Shown here: in pieces, positions 1 through 9,041 of the stretch
How the letters are laid out: each line of letters opens with the position of its first letter
Numbering within the stretch: position 1 is the stretch's first letter
NCBI GenBank assembly: GCA_965219685.1
Contig: CBDCOH010000002.1
Span: 1,952,001-2,016,000, forward strand
DNA: 64,000 bases
Source of the DNA: Candidatus Spongiisociaceae bacterium
Lineage (GTDB): Bacteria > Actinomycetota > Acidimicrobiia > Spongiisociales > Spongiisociaceae
Direction: 5' to 3'
Notes under the pieces: generated by a model
Seen by the model: the letters and a program-made list of their open reading frames with translations, nothing else
Told to the model about the DNA's origin: nothing
The model's database searches: none
Program-made: the position numbers and the translations under genes

Positions 1-10
1 GGGGCGGACC

Positions 11-289
11 ATGACCACCACGCGACGTGACAACCGGTGGAGTTTCCGAGTGGAACCCCGCAGCGATGCCCTCGTGAGAGAAGCAGCCAGGCTGCTCGGG
101 ACATCCGCGACGGCTTTCGTGGAGGAGAGTGCAGTGTCGCGGGCCGAGTCCGTGATCGCCGAACACCGGCCGATCAAGCTCAACTCCGAAGACTACTCTC
201 GGTTTGTCGATTCGCTTGATGCAGCGCCGGTCGCCATCCCGGAGCTCGTCGATCTCTTCAACCGCCCGTCTCTTATTCCTGTCTCTTGA
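11..289 (+). CDS. DUF1778-family ribbon-helix-helix antitoxin (TacA/AtaR-like)
   Basis: 92 aa; pattern R.SFRV....DALVREAA.LLG.S.TAFV.ESA..RAE.VI and IKLNSEDYSRFVDSLD.P is typical of DUF1778; lies upstream of a GNAT gene. Confidence 0.8.
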   Translation: MTTTRRDNRWSFRVEPRSDALVREAARLLGTSATAFVEESAVSRAESVIAEHRPIKLNSEDYSRFVDSLDAAPVAIPELVDLFNRPSLIPVS

Positions 290-305
290 TCTAATCGTTA
301 TCTAT

Positions 306-440
306 CCTAAGCCTCTGTTCACACATATAATATCGCTCAGTTGAGCAAGACCAGAGAACCGCTAGGCAGGCTTGCCGCCAATAGGGAGTTAACAAACATG
401 GCTAAACGATTCCACCATTCTCAGTAAACAGGGACTCAGG
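306..440. mobile_element. Putative MITE / internally deleted IS remnant between antitoxin and toxin
   Basis: AT-rich 135-bp segment bounded by imperfect inverted repeats CCTAAGCCTCTGTTCAC (306-322) and GTAAACAGGGACTCAGG (424-440), 13/17 match; contains TATAAT (326-331) and AGGGAG RBS + ATG398 encoding only a 9-aa peptide. Confidence 0.35.
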
Positions 441-950
441 CCAGTTCAGCGCCTGAGCGGTCACGACGACCTCAGCACCTTCGATTGCGGTGTCACTTCC
501 CTCAACGAGTGGCTCGCGAGGTTCGCACGATCGGATCAGCGAGCCCGCGCTTCGGCGACATACCTACTCAAACGAGGCCCACGCGTTGTCGGCTTCTACA
601 CCCTGGCTCCACACGCCATCGAACCGGAGGTAGCCGACACGCGACTCAAGGCCGGCTTGCCGAGCCGCCGAGCGGTCCCTGTGTTTCTGCTGGCCCGCCT
701 CGCTCTCGACAGGTCCGAGCACGGAACCGGACTGGGTGCTGACCTACTGAAGGACGCCCTCGCCCGCTGCGCCAGCGTCGCAAGCGAGGTAGGAGGGCGA
801 GCTGTTGTCTTCGATACGAAAGACGACCGGGCAGCCCTCTTCTACCAACGGTTCGGCTTCGCTCCGCTCCCGGGGAACCCCCACCTGCTCTACGTGCTCA
901 TGAAGGATCTGCAGATTTCCATCATTAGTGGAAGGACTGTTAGCAGGTGA
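435..950 (+). CDS. GNAT-family acetyltransferase toxin (TacT/AtaT-like); no canonical start codon found, possibly 5'-disrupted
   Basis: Frame open 393-950; reads LRPVQRLSGHDDLSTFDCGVTSLNEWL...VVGFYTLA...PVFLLARLALDRSEHGTGLGADLLKDAL...AALFYQRFGF; first TTG in frame is at 657. Confidence 0.8.
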   Translation, partial: LRPVQRLSGHDDLSTFDCGVTSLNEWLARFARSDQRARASATYLLKRGPRVVGFYTLAPHAIEPEVADTRLKAGLPSRRAVPVFLLARLALDRSEHGTGLGADLLKDALARCASVASEVGGRAVVFDTKDDRAALFYQRFGFAPLPGNPHLLYVLMKDLQISIISGRTVSR

Positions 951-1081
951 ACCGGCGAGTTACAGTCGTTGAACGGCTGCAGGCCTCGCCCCTTGTGGAC
1001 GGCATCCGGTGGGACCACTATGTTTACGAGGTCGCAGGTGGGCGCGCCGCGACCCGACGAACATGCGAGAGGAGCGCGCTT

Positions 1082-2947
1082 ATGAGAGCTAGTCGAATCG
1101 GACGTTTGCTGGGGCTGTTGCTCGTCCTGGTGCTGGTAGCCGCGGGGTGCGGCGCCGAGGAGGACACAACGGCAGCCGACGCAGCAGCCGCTGCGCAGGC
1201 ACAGGCAGAGGCCGACGCAGCAGCCGCGCAGGCAGATGCAGCCGCGGCGCAGCAGGAGGCCGACGCGGCCGCGGCGGCGCTGGCCGACGCCCAGGCCGAC
1301 CTGGAAGCCGCCGAGGCGGCTGCAGCCGACGCCATGGAGGGTGACGAGGCCGCTCAAGCCGAACTCGCGGCAGCCCTCGAGGAAGCCGAAGCAGCTCTTG
1401 AGGAAGCCGAGATGGCCGCCGAGGAGGCCATGATGGCCGCCGAGGCAGCCGAGGCGGAGGCGATGGCGGCGACCACCACTACAGCGCCGGCCATGGAAGA
1501 GCCGTCGATCATCGAGGTCGTTGTCTCGGAGGACAGCGACATCTACAACTTCGACCCCAAGAACTCGGCAGGCGGCGAGTTCGACGCCCCGGTCTTCACC
1601 ACCATCTACGAGGCGCTGGCCTGGACCAGCCCCTCGGGCGACGTGCTGCCCCGTCTGGCGACGGAGTGGACCATCTCCGAAGACAAGATGACCTACACGT
1701 TCAAGCTGCGCGAGGGCGTCAAGTTCCACAACGGGGCCGACTTCACCGCGCACGACGTCGTGTACAGCGTGAACCGCGCCGTGAGCCAGGGGATCCCGAT
1801 GGTGCAACAGCGGGCCCAGAACCTGGAGAGCGTGACCGCGGTCGACGACTACACAGTGGTCTACCAGTTGAAGCAGCCGTCCACGGCGTTCCTGCTCAAC
1901 ATCGCGGACACCACCGGGCTGGGGTTCTCTTCGATCCTCACCAGTACGGCGCCGGCCCACGGGACGACCCCGGTGGGCACCGGCCCGTTCACGTTCGTGT
2001 CCTACGTACCCGGCTCGGAGCTGGTGCTGGATGTCAACCGTGACTACTGGGACCCGTCGGTACTGCCCTCCTACGACCGGATCCGGGTGAGGATCATCAA
2101 GGAGGACGCCTCGATGGTGGCCGCGCTCCGGTCCGGGGAAGTTGCCTTGATCCATCCCACCGCCACGGCGACGGCCCGAAGCCTCAGGGACGATCCCGAC
2201 TTCACGATCATCGACACGGCGTCCCGTACCTTCTGGATCCATGCCAGCCGGGTGGGAGCGACGCGTGACGAGGCCGTGGTCAAGGCACTGTGGCTCTCCA
2301 TGGACCGTCAAGCCCTGGCTGACATCGCCTTCCTCGGCGAGGCGTTCCCGTGGTCGACTTCCCATCCATCGGTCGCGTACGGCCTCGGACCCGACGACCT
2401 GCCCAACTACCAGCGGGATGTCGAGGAGGCCAAGCGGATCCTGGCGGAGGCGGGCTACGCCGACGGTATCGAGCTCGTATTCACATATCCGACCCGGGTC
2501 CCCTACGAGGACGTGTTCTTCGAGGTCCTACAGGCATCCTGGGCGGAAGCGGGGATAACCGTGAACCTCAACCCGGTGGAGCAGGCGGTGTGGATACCGA
2601 AGCTGATCAACGCGGACTACGACCTGTCCGCCACCGATCAGGGTTGGTACTCGAACCCCTACAGGTACGTCCTGCCGAGGACCGGCTGGCAGGCTCCCCC
2701 CGAGGAGATCCTCCCCGAGTTGATCCCCGAGCTGGACGCTTTGGCGGCTGCCTCGCAGGAGGAGCGCCCGGAGATCTTCCAGAGGATCCAGAGACTGGAG
2801 GCCGAGAACGTATACCCGTACACGGGGACGGTCTACGCCAATGCGTCGCACGTGTACCGCAACGATCTGCTCTCCAACGCGGATCTCGGCACGTACATCA
2901 CCGGCGACAAGCGGGCCCTGTACCTCTCGCTGGTACCGGCTGGATAG
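1082..2947 (+). CDS. ABC transporter substrate-binding lipoprotein, family 5 (DppA/OppA-like), with Ala/Glu-rich N-terminal stalk
   Basis: GAGAGGAG RBS; lipobox VAAGC; PRLATEWTISEDKMTYTFKLREGVKFHNG and PVGTGPF motifs. Confidence 0.9.
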   Translation: MRASRIGRLLGLLLVLVLVAAGCGAEEDTTAADAAAAAQAQAEADAAAAQADAAAAQQEADAAAAALADAQADLEAAEAAAADAMEGDEAAQAELAAALEEAEAALEEAEMAAEEAMMAAEAAEAEAMAATTTTAPAMEEPSIIEVVVSEDSDIYNFDPKNSAGGEFDAPVFTTIYEALAWTSPSGDVLPRLATEWTISEDKMTYTFKLREGVKFHNGADFTAHDVVYSVNRAVSQGIPMVQQRAQNLESVTAVDDYTVVYQLKQPSTAFLLNIADTTGLGFSSILTSTAPAHGTTPVGTGPFTFVSYVPGSELVLDVNRDYWDPSVLPSYDRIRVRIIKEDASMVAALRSGEVALIHPTATATARSLRDDPDFTIIDTASRTFWIHASRVGATRDEAVVKALWLSMDRQALADIAFLGEAFPWSTSHPSVAYGLGPDDLPNYQRDVEEAKRILAEAGYADGIELVFTYPTRVPYEDVFFEVLQASWAEAGITVNLNPVEQAVWIPKLINADYDLSATDQGWYSNPYRYVLPRTGWQAPPEEILPELIPELDALAAASQEERPEIFQRIQRLEAENVYPYTGTVYANASHVYRNDLLSNADLGTYITGDKRALYLSLVPAG

Positions 2948-2958
2948 CTCGACTTGAA

Positions 2959-2991
2959 GGGCCGGGTGGGCGTCCACCGCCCGCCCGGCCC
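2959..2991 (+). terminator. GC-rich stem-loop after the binding-protein gene (attenuator or mRNA stabiliser)
   Basis: GGGCCGGGTGGGCG-TCCAC-CGCCCGCCCGGCCC, 14-bp stem; no U-tract. Confidence 0.55.
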
Positions 2992-3008
2992 CAGGCCATA
3001 ACTCTTTG

Positions 3009-4061
3009 ATGGAGGTCACGGCAGCCCCGGACTCGCGACTCGACGGGACGGTTCTGGCTGTCCGGGATCTGGTCACGGTCTACCCGACCAGGATCGGTGT
3101 GATTCCGGCAGTCGACCGTGTCGGCTTCGAGTTGCAGGCGGGTGAGATCCTGGGCATCGTGGGCGACTCGGGCAGCGGCAAGACCACCCTGGCCCGCTCC
3201 CTCCTCGGTCTGGTAGCGGCTCCCGGCCGGATAGTCCGCGGGGAGATCCTGCTGCACGGCCGGAACCTCCTGGAGTTCACCGACGAGGAGATGAGGCGGG
3301 TACGCGGCACGGAGATCGCCATGATCTTCCAGAACCCGATCCGCTCGTTCCATCCCGGGTTCACCATCGGACGGCAGTTGACCGAGGCGGTGACGAGGCA
3401 CCAGCGGGTCTCCCGCCGCGATGCCCGTGCGAGAGCCGTCGAGGCCCTCACCTGGGTGGGCATGCCGGAACCGGCGGTCCGGATGAAGGACCACCCTCAC
3501 CAGTTCTCCGGGGGGATGCTGCAGAGGGTGATGATCGCGATGAGCCTTCTCAACGAGCCGGCGGTGCTCGTCGCCGACGAACCGACCACCGCTCTCGACG
3601 TGACCATCCAGGCCCAGATCCTGGAACTGGTCCGGAGGCTCGCCGTGGACCGGGGACTGGGGGTGATCCTGGTGACGCACAACCTCGGCATGGTGGCCAG
3701 CATCTGCGATCGCGTGATGGTGATGTACGCAGGTCAGATCGTGGAGGAGGCATCGGTCGACGACGTGTTCGCCCGTCCCGCCCATCCATATACCGTCGGC
3801 CTACTCGACTCGCAGCCGGATCGGGCGACCGGCGCCAGGTTGGAGGCCATGGCGGGGGGATCGCCGAAGATGACCGCCCTCCCTCAGGGGTGCCGGTTCG
3901 AACCGCGCTGCGCGTATGCAGAGCCACAGTGCTCGCAACCCCCCGATCTCTGGTCACTACCGAATGGCCAGACCGCCAGGTGCTGGATCAGCAAGCGCCA
4001 CGGCAGGCTACCGGCGCTCCCGGATGCCACGCCGCTCTCCAGCGGTCTCGGACCGGGTTAG
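3009..4061 (+). CDS. Oligopeptide/dipeptide ABC transporter ATP-binding protein (DppD/OppD-like)
   Basis: Walker A GDSGSGKT, HQFSGGMLQR, ADEPTTALDVT, C-terminal GCRFEPRC. Confidence 0.92.
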   Translation: MEVTAAPDSRLDGTVLAVRDLVTVYPTRIGVIPAVDRVGFELQAGEILGIVGDSGSGKTTLARSLLGLVAAPGRIVRGEILLHGRNLLEFTDEEMRRVRGTEIAMIFQNPIRSFHPGFTIGRQLTEAVTRHQRVSRRDARARAVEALTWVGMPEPAVRMKDHPHQFSGGMLQRVMIAMSLLNEPAVLVADEPTTALDVTIQAQILELVRRLAVDRGLGVILVTHNLGMVASICDRVMVMYAGQIVEEASVDDVFARPAHPYTVGLLDSQPDRATGARLEAMAGGSPKMTALPQGCRFEPRCAYAEPQCSQPPDLWSLPNGQTARCWISKRHGRLPALPDATPLSSGLGPG

Positions 4062-4069
4062 GCGACGGA

Positions 4070-5083
4070 ATGGCGCTTCTGAGGCTCGATGGCGTCTCGG
4101 TTCACTTCCGGCTCCGGCGCCGCGGCCGGGGAGGCGGCGTGGTAAGGGCCGTCGACAACGTGGACCTGACCATCAACGAGGGCGAGGTACTCGGCATCGT
4201 CGGCGAGTCGGGGTGCGGGAAAACGACGCTGGGCCGTGTGATCGTGGGGTTGCAGAGTCCCACTTCGGGTGACGTGATAGTGGGCGGCGAGAAGCGGTCG
4301 CTCCGTCAGCGTCCGGGCGCCAACGCCCGCGCCGACGGGTTCCAGATGGTCTACCAGGACGCGGCGGGCTCCCTCAACCCGTGGAAGCGGATCGGCTGGA
4401 GCATCGCCGAGCCACTTCGAAACGAGGGCATGCGGAGGCCGGAGATGCGCGAACGGGTTCTCGCGCTGCTCGAGCAGGTCGGGCTCCCGGACTCCCTGAT
4501 CGACCAGTATCCGGGGGAACTCTCGGGAGGGCAGCAGCAGAGGGCGGCCATCGCCCGGGCCCTGGCCGGCCAACCCCGGCTCATAGTGCTCGACGAGGCG
4601 GTCAGTTCCCTCGACATGTCCACCCAGGCACAGGTGCTGAACCTGCTCAAGGACCTGGCGGAGCGCCATTCCGTCAACTACGTGTTCATCTCCCACGACA
4701 TCGCCGCGGTGGACTTCATGAGCGACCGGGTGGCGGTCATGTACCTGGGGAGGATCGTAGAACTCGAAGACGCGCACGACCGCGGGAGCCCCCTCGTCCA
4801 TCCCTACTCCATCACGCTGCGGTCGGCGGTGCCGGTTCCCGATCCCGCCGTGGAACGCCGCCGTAACCGGATCGTGCTGACCGGACCGGTGGCCAGCGCC
4901 ACCGACCTTCCGTCAGGATGCCGTTTCCACACCCGGTGCCCCATCGCGGAACCGCTCTGCGCCGATGACGAGCCGGAGTTGGTCAGGGCGTCGGCGACCA
5001 GCCGGGTCGCCTGCCACTTCGCCGGCGAGTTCGAGGACCGCTACGGCGCAGCCCAGGCCGGAACCTCGGGGACGGCACGATGA
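4070..5083 (+). CDS. Oligopeptide/dipeptide ABC transporter ATP-binding protein (DppF/OppF-like)
   Basis: GESGCGKT, LSGGQQQR, LDEAVSSLD, GCRFHTRCP; ATG at 4070 just after previous stop. Confidence 0.92.
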   Translation: MALLRLDGVSVHFRLRRRGRGGGVVRAVDNVDLTINEGEVLGIVGESGCGKTTLGRVIVGLQSPTSGDVIVGGEKRSLRQRPGANARADGFQMVYQDAAGSLNPWKRIGWSIAEPLRNEGMRRPEMRERVLALLEQVGLPDSLIDQYPGELSGGQQQRAAIARALAGQPRLIVLDEAVSSLDMSTQAQVLNLLKDLAERHSVNYVFISHDIAAVDFMSDRVAVMYLGRIVELEDAHDRGSPLVHPYSITLRSAVPVPDPAVERRRNRIVLTGPVASATDLPSGCRFHTRCPIAEPLCADDEPELVRASATSRVACHFAGEFEDRYGAAQAGTSGTAR

Positions 5084-6030
5084 TCCTGTTCACGGCTCGA
5101 CGGTTCGCCGAGGCGGTGGCCGTCCTGTTCGTGCTGACCTTCCTCATCTACGTGATCGGAACGATCGTGCCGGGTGACATCGCTCAGCAGATGGCAGGAA
5201 TCGAGGGAGCCACGCCGGAGCGCATGGCCGAGATGCGAGCCCGTCTCGGGCTCGACCGCCCTCTGATGGTGAGGTACGGGGAGTGGCTGGGCAATGCGGT
5301 GAGGGGCGACTTCGGTCATTCGCTGTTCACGGGACGTGACATCGCGGCCGATGTCCGGGCCCAGTTCCCGGTCTCCCTCGAAGTGGCCTTCGCCAGCGTC
5401 CTGCTCGCGGTGATCATCGGCATCCCGCTCGGCGTGTACGCGGCGGTGCATACCGGGAGCATCATGGACCGGGTCCTGCGGGGAATCTCGCTGGTCTTCT
5501 TCTCGGTCCCTACCTTCGTATCGGGAGTGCTGTTCGTATGGTTGGGCTCGATAGTCCTCAGGTCGTTCTACACATCGTTCTACGTACCGTTCACCGAGGA
5601 CCCGATCGCCAACCTGCGGTCGATCATGTTGCCGTGCCTGGCGATCGCCCTGCCGACGTCGGCTTCGATCATCCAGATGACCCGGACCACCATGATCGCC
5701 AGCCTCCAGGAGCCCTTCATAGACACGGCCCGGGTGAAAGGCGCCCGCGAGAGCAGGGTCCGCTACGTCCACGCCCTCCGCGCCTCCCTCGGACCAGTGG
5801 TCACCCTGATCGGCCTATTGTTCGGCGCCCTTGTCGGCGGATTGATCATCGTCGAGCAGATATTCAACCTGCCCGGACTCGGCCGCGGGGTGTTGCTCGC
5901 CATCGCGGAGCGGGACTTCCCCTACGTGATCACCGCCACCCTGGTCATCGCCAGCGTCTACATAGTGGTGAACTTCATCGTGGACCTCCTCTATCCCATC
6001 CTCGACCCGAGACAGCGGGAGCAGACATGA
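5080..6030 (+). CDS. ABC transporter permease (DppB/OppB-like)
   Basis: PGD, LGLDRP, GDFGHS, FIDTARVKGA (EAA loop), FNLPGLG, LDPR; ATGA overlap with upstream gene. Confidence 0.92.
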   Translation: MILFTARRFAEAVAVLFVLTFLIYVIGTIVPGDIAQQMAGIEGATPERMAEMRARLGLDRPLMVRYGEWLGNAVRGDFGHSLFTGRDIAADVRAQFPVSLEVAFASVLLAVIIGIPLGVYAAVHTGSIMDRVLRGISLVFFSVPTFVSGVLFVWLGSIVLRSFYTSFYVPFTEDPIANLRSIMLPCLAIALPTSASIIQMTRTTMIASLQEPFIDTARVKGARESRVRYVHALRASLGPVVTLIGLLFGALVGGLIIVEQIFNLPGLGRGVLLAIAERDFPYVITATLVIASVYIVVNFIVDLLYPILDPRQREQT

Positions 6031-6953
6031 CCGCACCTGCACCCAGCCGTACATCCGACACCGGGGATGCGGGCAACCAGGGAACTCCCGGTATCCGTCA
6101 CGCCCGGATCTGGCATCAACTCCGGGCTGTGGTCCGGCATCCCTCCGGGCGGTTCGGCCTCCTCCTGATCACCCCCGTGTTGCTCCTCGCCGTGTTCGGA
6201 CCGCTGGTGATCGACTGGGATCCCATCCAGATCAATCCTGCCGACTCCCTCCAGGGGCCGTCGGCCCGGCACTGGTTCGGGACCGACCAGCTCGGACGTG
6301 ATCTCGCCGCCCGGGTGGTGAGCGCCATCCCGGTGGTGATCTGGGTACCGCTCGGCGCGGTCCTCCTGGCTGTGACCGCGGGGAGCGCCATCGGCATCCT
6401 GGCCGGATACCGCCGGGGATGGCTGGAGAGGGTCCTGATGGCGGGAACCGACGTGCTATTGGCCATGCCCGGCCTGCTCACCGCCATCCTCATCGTCGGC
6501 GTGTTCGGGGGCGGGTCCCGCAACATGATCCTGGCCATCGGCGTCATCTACCTGCCCCGCTTCACCCGCATCGCCCGCGGTTCGACCCTGGAGGTCCGCG
6601 GCCTCCCCTACGTCGACGCAGCACGACTGTCGGGAACCAAGCCTCTGGCGCTGGTCACGCGTCACATCCTGCCCGGCATCAGCTCGCCCCTGTTCGTGAT
6701 GTGCGTGCTCAGCCTGTCCACCGGGCTGCTGGTCCAGACGGCTCTGAGCTTCCTCGGGTTCGGTTTCGAGCCCCCCACTGCCGACCTCGGGAGGATGCTC
6801 GCCAACTCGGTCGACTTCCTGACCCTCGCACCGTGGATGGCCATCTCCCCCGCCCTGGTGATCACCCTGCTGATCCTCGCCTTCAACAACCTCGGAGACG
6901 CGGTCCGAGACGTGATAGACCCCGAAGTGGCCCGAGCGGCCGGCGCGGTCTGA
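6027..6953 (+). CDS. ABC transporter permease (DppC/OppC-like)
   Basis: HWFGTDQLGRD, YVDAARLSG, LSFLGFG, FNNLGDAVRD; ATGA overlap at 6027-6030. Confidence 0.92.
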   Translation: MTAPAPSRTSDTGDAGNQGTPGIRHARIWHQLRAVVRHPSGRFGLLLITPVLLLAVFGPLVIDWDPIQINPADSLQGPSARHWFGTDQLGRDLAARVVSAIPVVIWVPLGAVLLAVTAGSAIGILAGYRRGWLERVLMAGTDVLLAMPGLLTAILIVGVFGGGSRNMILAIGVIYLPRFTRIARGSTLEVRGLPYVDAARLSGTKPLALVTRHILPGISSPLFVMCVLSLSTGLLVQTALSFLGFGFEPPTADLGRMLANSVDFLTLAPWMAISPALVITLLILAFNNLGDAVRDVIDPEVARAAGAV

Positions 6954-7162
6954 CCTACTGCAACCGGCTGGACAGCCAGCCTCTACCGCTCAGGAACAGC
7001 TCGGCCGACCTCAGCAATAACGTGGTCTGTATCGGCATTTCGCGTCGCCAGTTACGAATAAAGAACATGTTGGCGCTGCGCCAAAACCCCTGCGACCGGG
7101 CCAAATCAGGGTGACACGTCCGATATGTCCGGGGTTGGATGTAACCAGCAACCAAAAGCCGG

Positions 7163-8851
7163 CTACGACTCGATCAGTCCCTCCTGGGGCTGTGTCCAGG
7201 GGAGGGTGTAGACGAACGCATACTGTGGAGCGGGCGGTATCCGCATGTCCTTGACGGGCACATCGATGACCACGGGGGCATCCTTGGACAGCGCGAGCGG
7301 GATCAACGTCTCAAGCTCCAGGGGGTCGTCCGCTCTCATGCCTATCGCCCCGAACGACTCGGCGAACCTGACGAAGTCCGGGTTGTGCAAGTCGGTCCCG
7401 TAAGTGCCGCCGAAGGTATCATCCAAGTCGCGGGCGACGTTCCCGTACGAGTCGTTCCTGAAGACGACCGTTACGACGTTGAGACCGTACTTGACGGCCG
7501 TGGAAAGCTCGGATGCGTTGAACATGAACCCGCCGTCCCCGGCAACACAGACCACCGGGCGTTCCGGCTTTGCGACCTTCACCCCCAGAGCCGTCGGGAA
7601 GGCGTACCCGAGGTTGAAGGAGTAGCCGGAGTCGACGTACGTCTTCGGCGTGTTCACCTGGTAGTGGGTTCGGGCGTAGAAGCCCAACTGCGTGACATCC
7701 CACACGACGAACGCTTCTGCGGGTATGCCGCTCTGGATCGCTTCGAGTACCGCGTACTGCGGCTCCTTGAGACGGATGTCGTAGTAGGCGATGAGCCTAC
7801 GGGCAGCGGCGACCGCCTCCGCCGGTGAAGGACGCTGCGCGGCCCCCGTTGCCGCGACCAGCGGAAGCAGCGCTTCAATCGTCGCCCTGGCATCCCCGTG
7901 CAGCGGGATGGTGTTGGACTGGATCCTGGTGAGTTCGCTGTCATCTATGTTGATGTTGACCAGCACAGACGACTCGCCGGCCGGATTTCCCAACGAGAAT
8001 CGTGTGCCTATTCCTATCACGACATCGGCGGATTGCATCACCCCGTACAGTTGGTTCATCTCCTGCCTCTCGCCCCGCGGACTGAAGCACGAGCCATAGG
8101 ACAACGGATGGCTGTCCGGAATGGTCCCCTTGCCTCCGCTCGATGTCACCACGGGTATGTTGGTGGCCTCCGCCAACCTGACCAGGGCTCCCTCCGCGTC
8201 CGAGCGTGCCACGCCGCCACCGGCGAAGATCAGCGGCGTCCGGGAGGCGGCGATGGCGTGGGCGGCGTCCCGCAGGTCTTCCGGACTGGGCACGATCCGC
8301 GAGATACGGGTGGGGCTTCGCAGTTGGACCTCTTCCCGCTCCACCCCGGCCTCGGGCGGGAGTTCGATCAGGACGGGACGGGGCCGGCCGGTGCGCATCT
8401 GCCTGAACGCCTCGAACACCGCGTCGGGCACTTCGCGGGGCCTGAGCACCCGCCGCTGCCACTTGGTGACCGACCGCACCGCGCCCGACTGGTCCATCAC
8501 CTCGTGAACCGCGCCGAGATTCTTGCCGATCGCGGCGCGCGGGATCTGGCCCGCGATCACGAGTACCGGTGAGGAACGAGCGTACGCATTGGTCACACCG
8601 GACGCGGCGTTGTAGAGACCCGCCCCCGGGACCACGAGGGCTACCCCCGGTCTCCCCGAGGCGCGAGCATAACCGTCGGCCATGAAGGTCGTGGCCTGCT
8701 CATGACGGGTCGTGATCATGCGGATGCCGGGCTCGTCGCGAAGAGCAGCGACGATCCCGTAGATCTGGATCCCGGGTATTCCGAACACCACGTCGACGCC
8801 CTCGTTTACGAGGGACCTCACGAGCGCTTCACCACCGCTCATTCTCACCAT
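7163..8851 (-). CDS. Thiamine diphosphate-dependent enzyme (acetolactate synthase large subunit-like / decarboxylase)
   Basis: VFGIPG, TRHEQATTFMADGYARASG, ThDP motif GDGGFMF...N; substrate not assignable. Confidence 0.88.
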   Translation of the reverse strand: MVRMSGGEALVRSLVNEGVDVVFGIPGIQIYGIVAALRDEPGIRMITTRHEQATTFMADGYARASGRPGVALVVPGAGLYNAASGVTNAYARSSPVLVIAGQIPRAAIGKNLGAVHEVMDQSGAVRSVTKWQRRVLRPREVPDAVFEAFRQMRTGRPRPVLIELPPEAGVEREEVQLRSPTRISRIVPSPEDLRDAAHAIAASRTPLIFAGGGVARSDAEGALVRLAEATNIPVVTSSGGKGTIPDSHPLSYGSCFSPRGERQEMNQLYGVMQSADVVIGIGTRFSLGNPAGESSVLVNINIDDSELTRIQSNTIPLHGDARATIEALLPLVAATGAAQRPSPAEAVAAARRLIAYYDIRLKEPQYAVLEAIQSGIPAEAFVVWDVTQLGFYARTHYQVNTPKTYVDSGYSFNLGYAFPTALGVKVAKPERPVVCVAGDGGFMFNASELSTAVKYGLNVVTVVFRNDSYGNVARDLDDTFGGTYGTDLHNPDFVRFAESFGAIGMRADDPLELETLIPLALSKDAPVVIDVPVKDMRIPPAPQYAFVYTLPWTQPQEGLIES

Positions 8852-9041
8852 TGACTCACAACCACCTTTCCTGCTGACCGAGCAAGCTCCCCCGACACGC
8901 CGATCAACCAGCCGGCTCGCTTTGACGATCCAGGCTTGATGTTTCAGGCAACGCGTCCACCGTACGATGCTACAGACGTACTATCGGAGGTCTAGTCTCG
9001 CCTCTCTCGATCACAGGGGTAATCGGCGAGTATCAGCAGGC

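Noticed and set aside
6955-7160. Intergenic segment with palindrome TTGGCGC-T-GCGCCAA and a 66-aa minus-strand ORF, possibly a mobile-element remnant
   Set aside because: Single copy in the window, no convincing TIR or target duplication, and no recognisable protein motif
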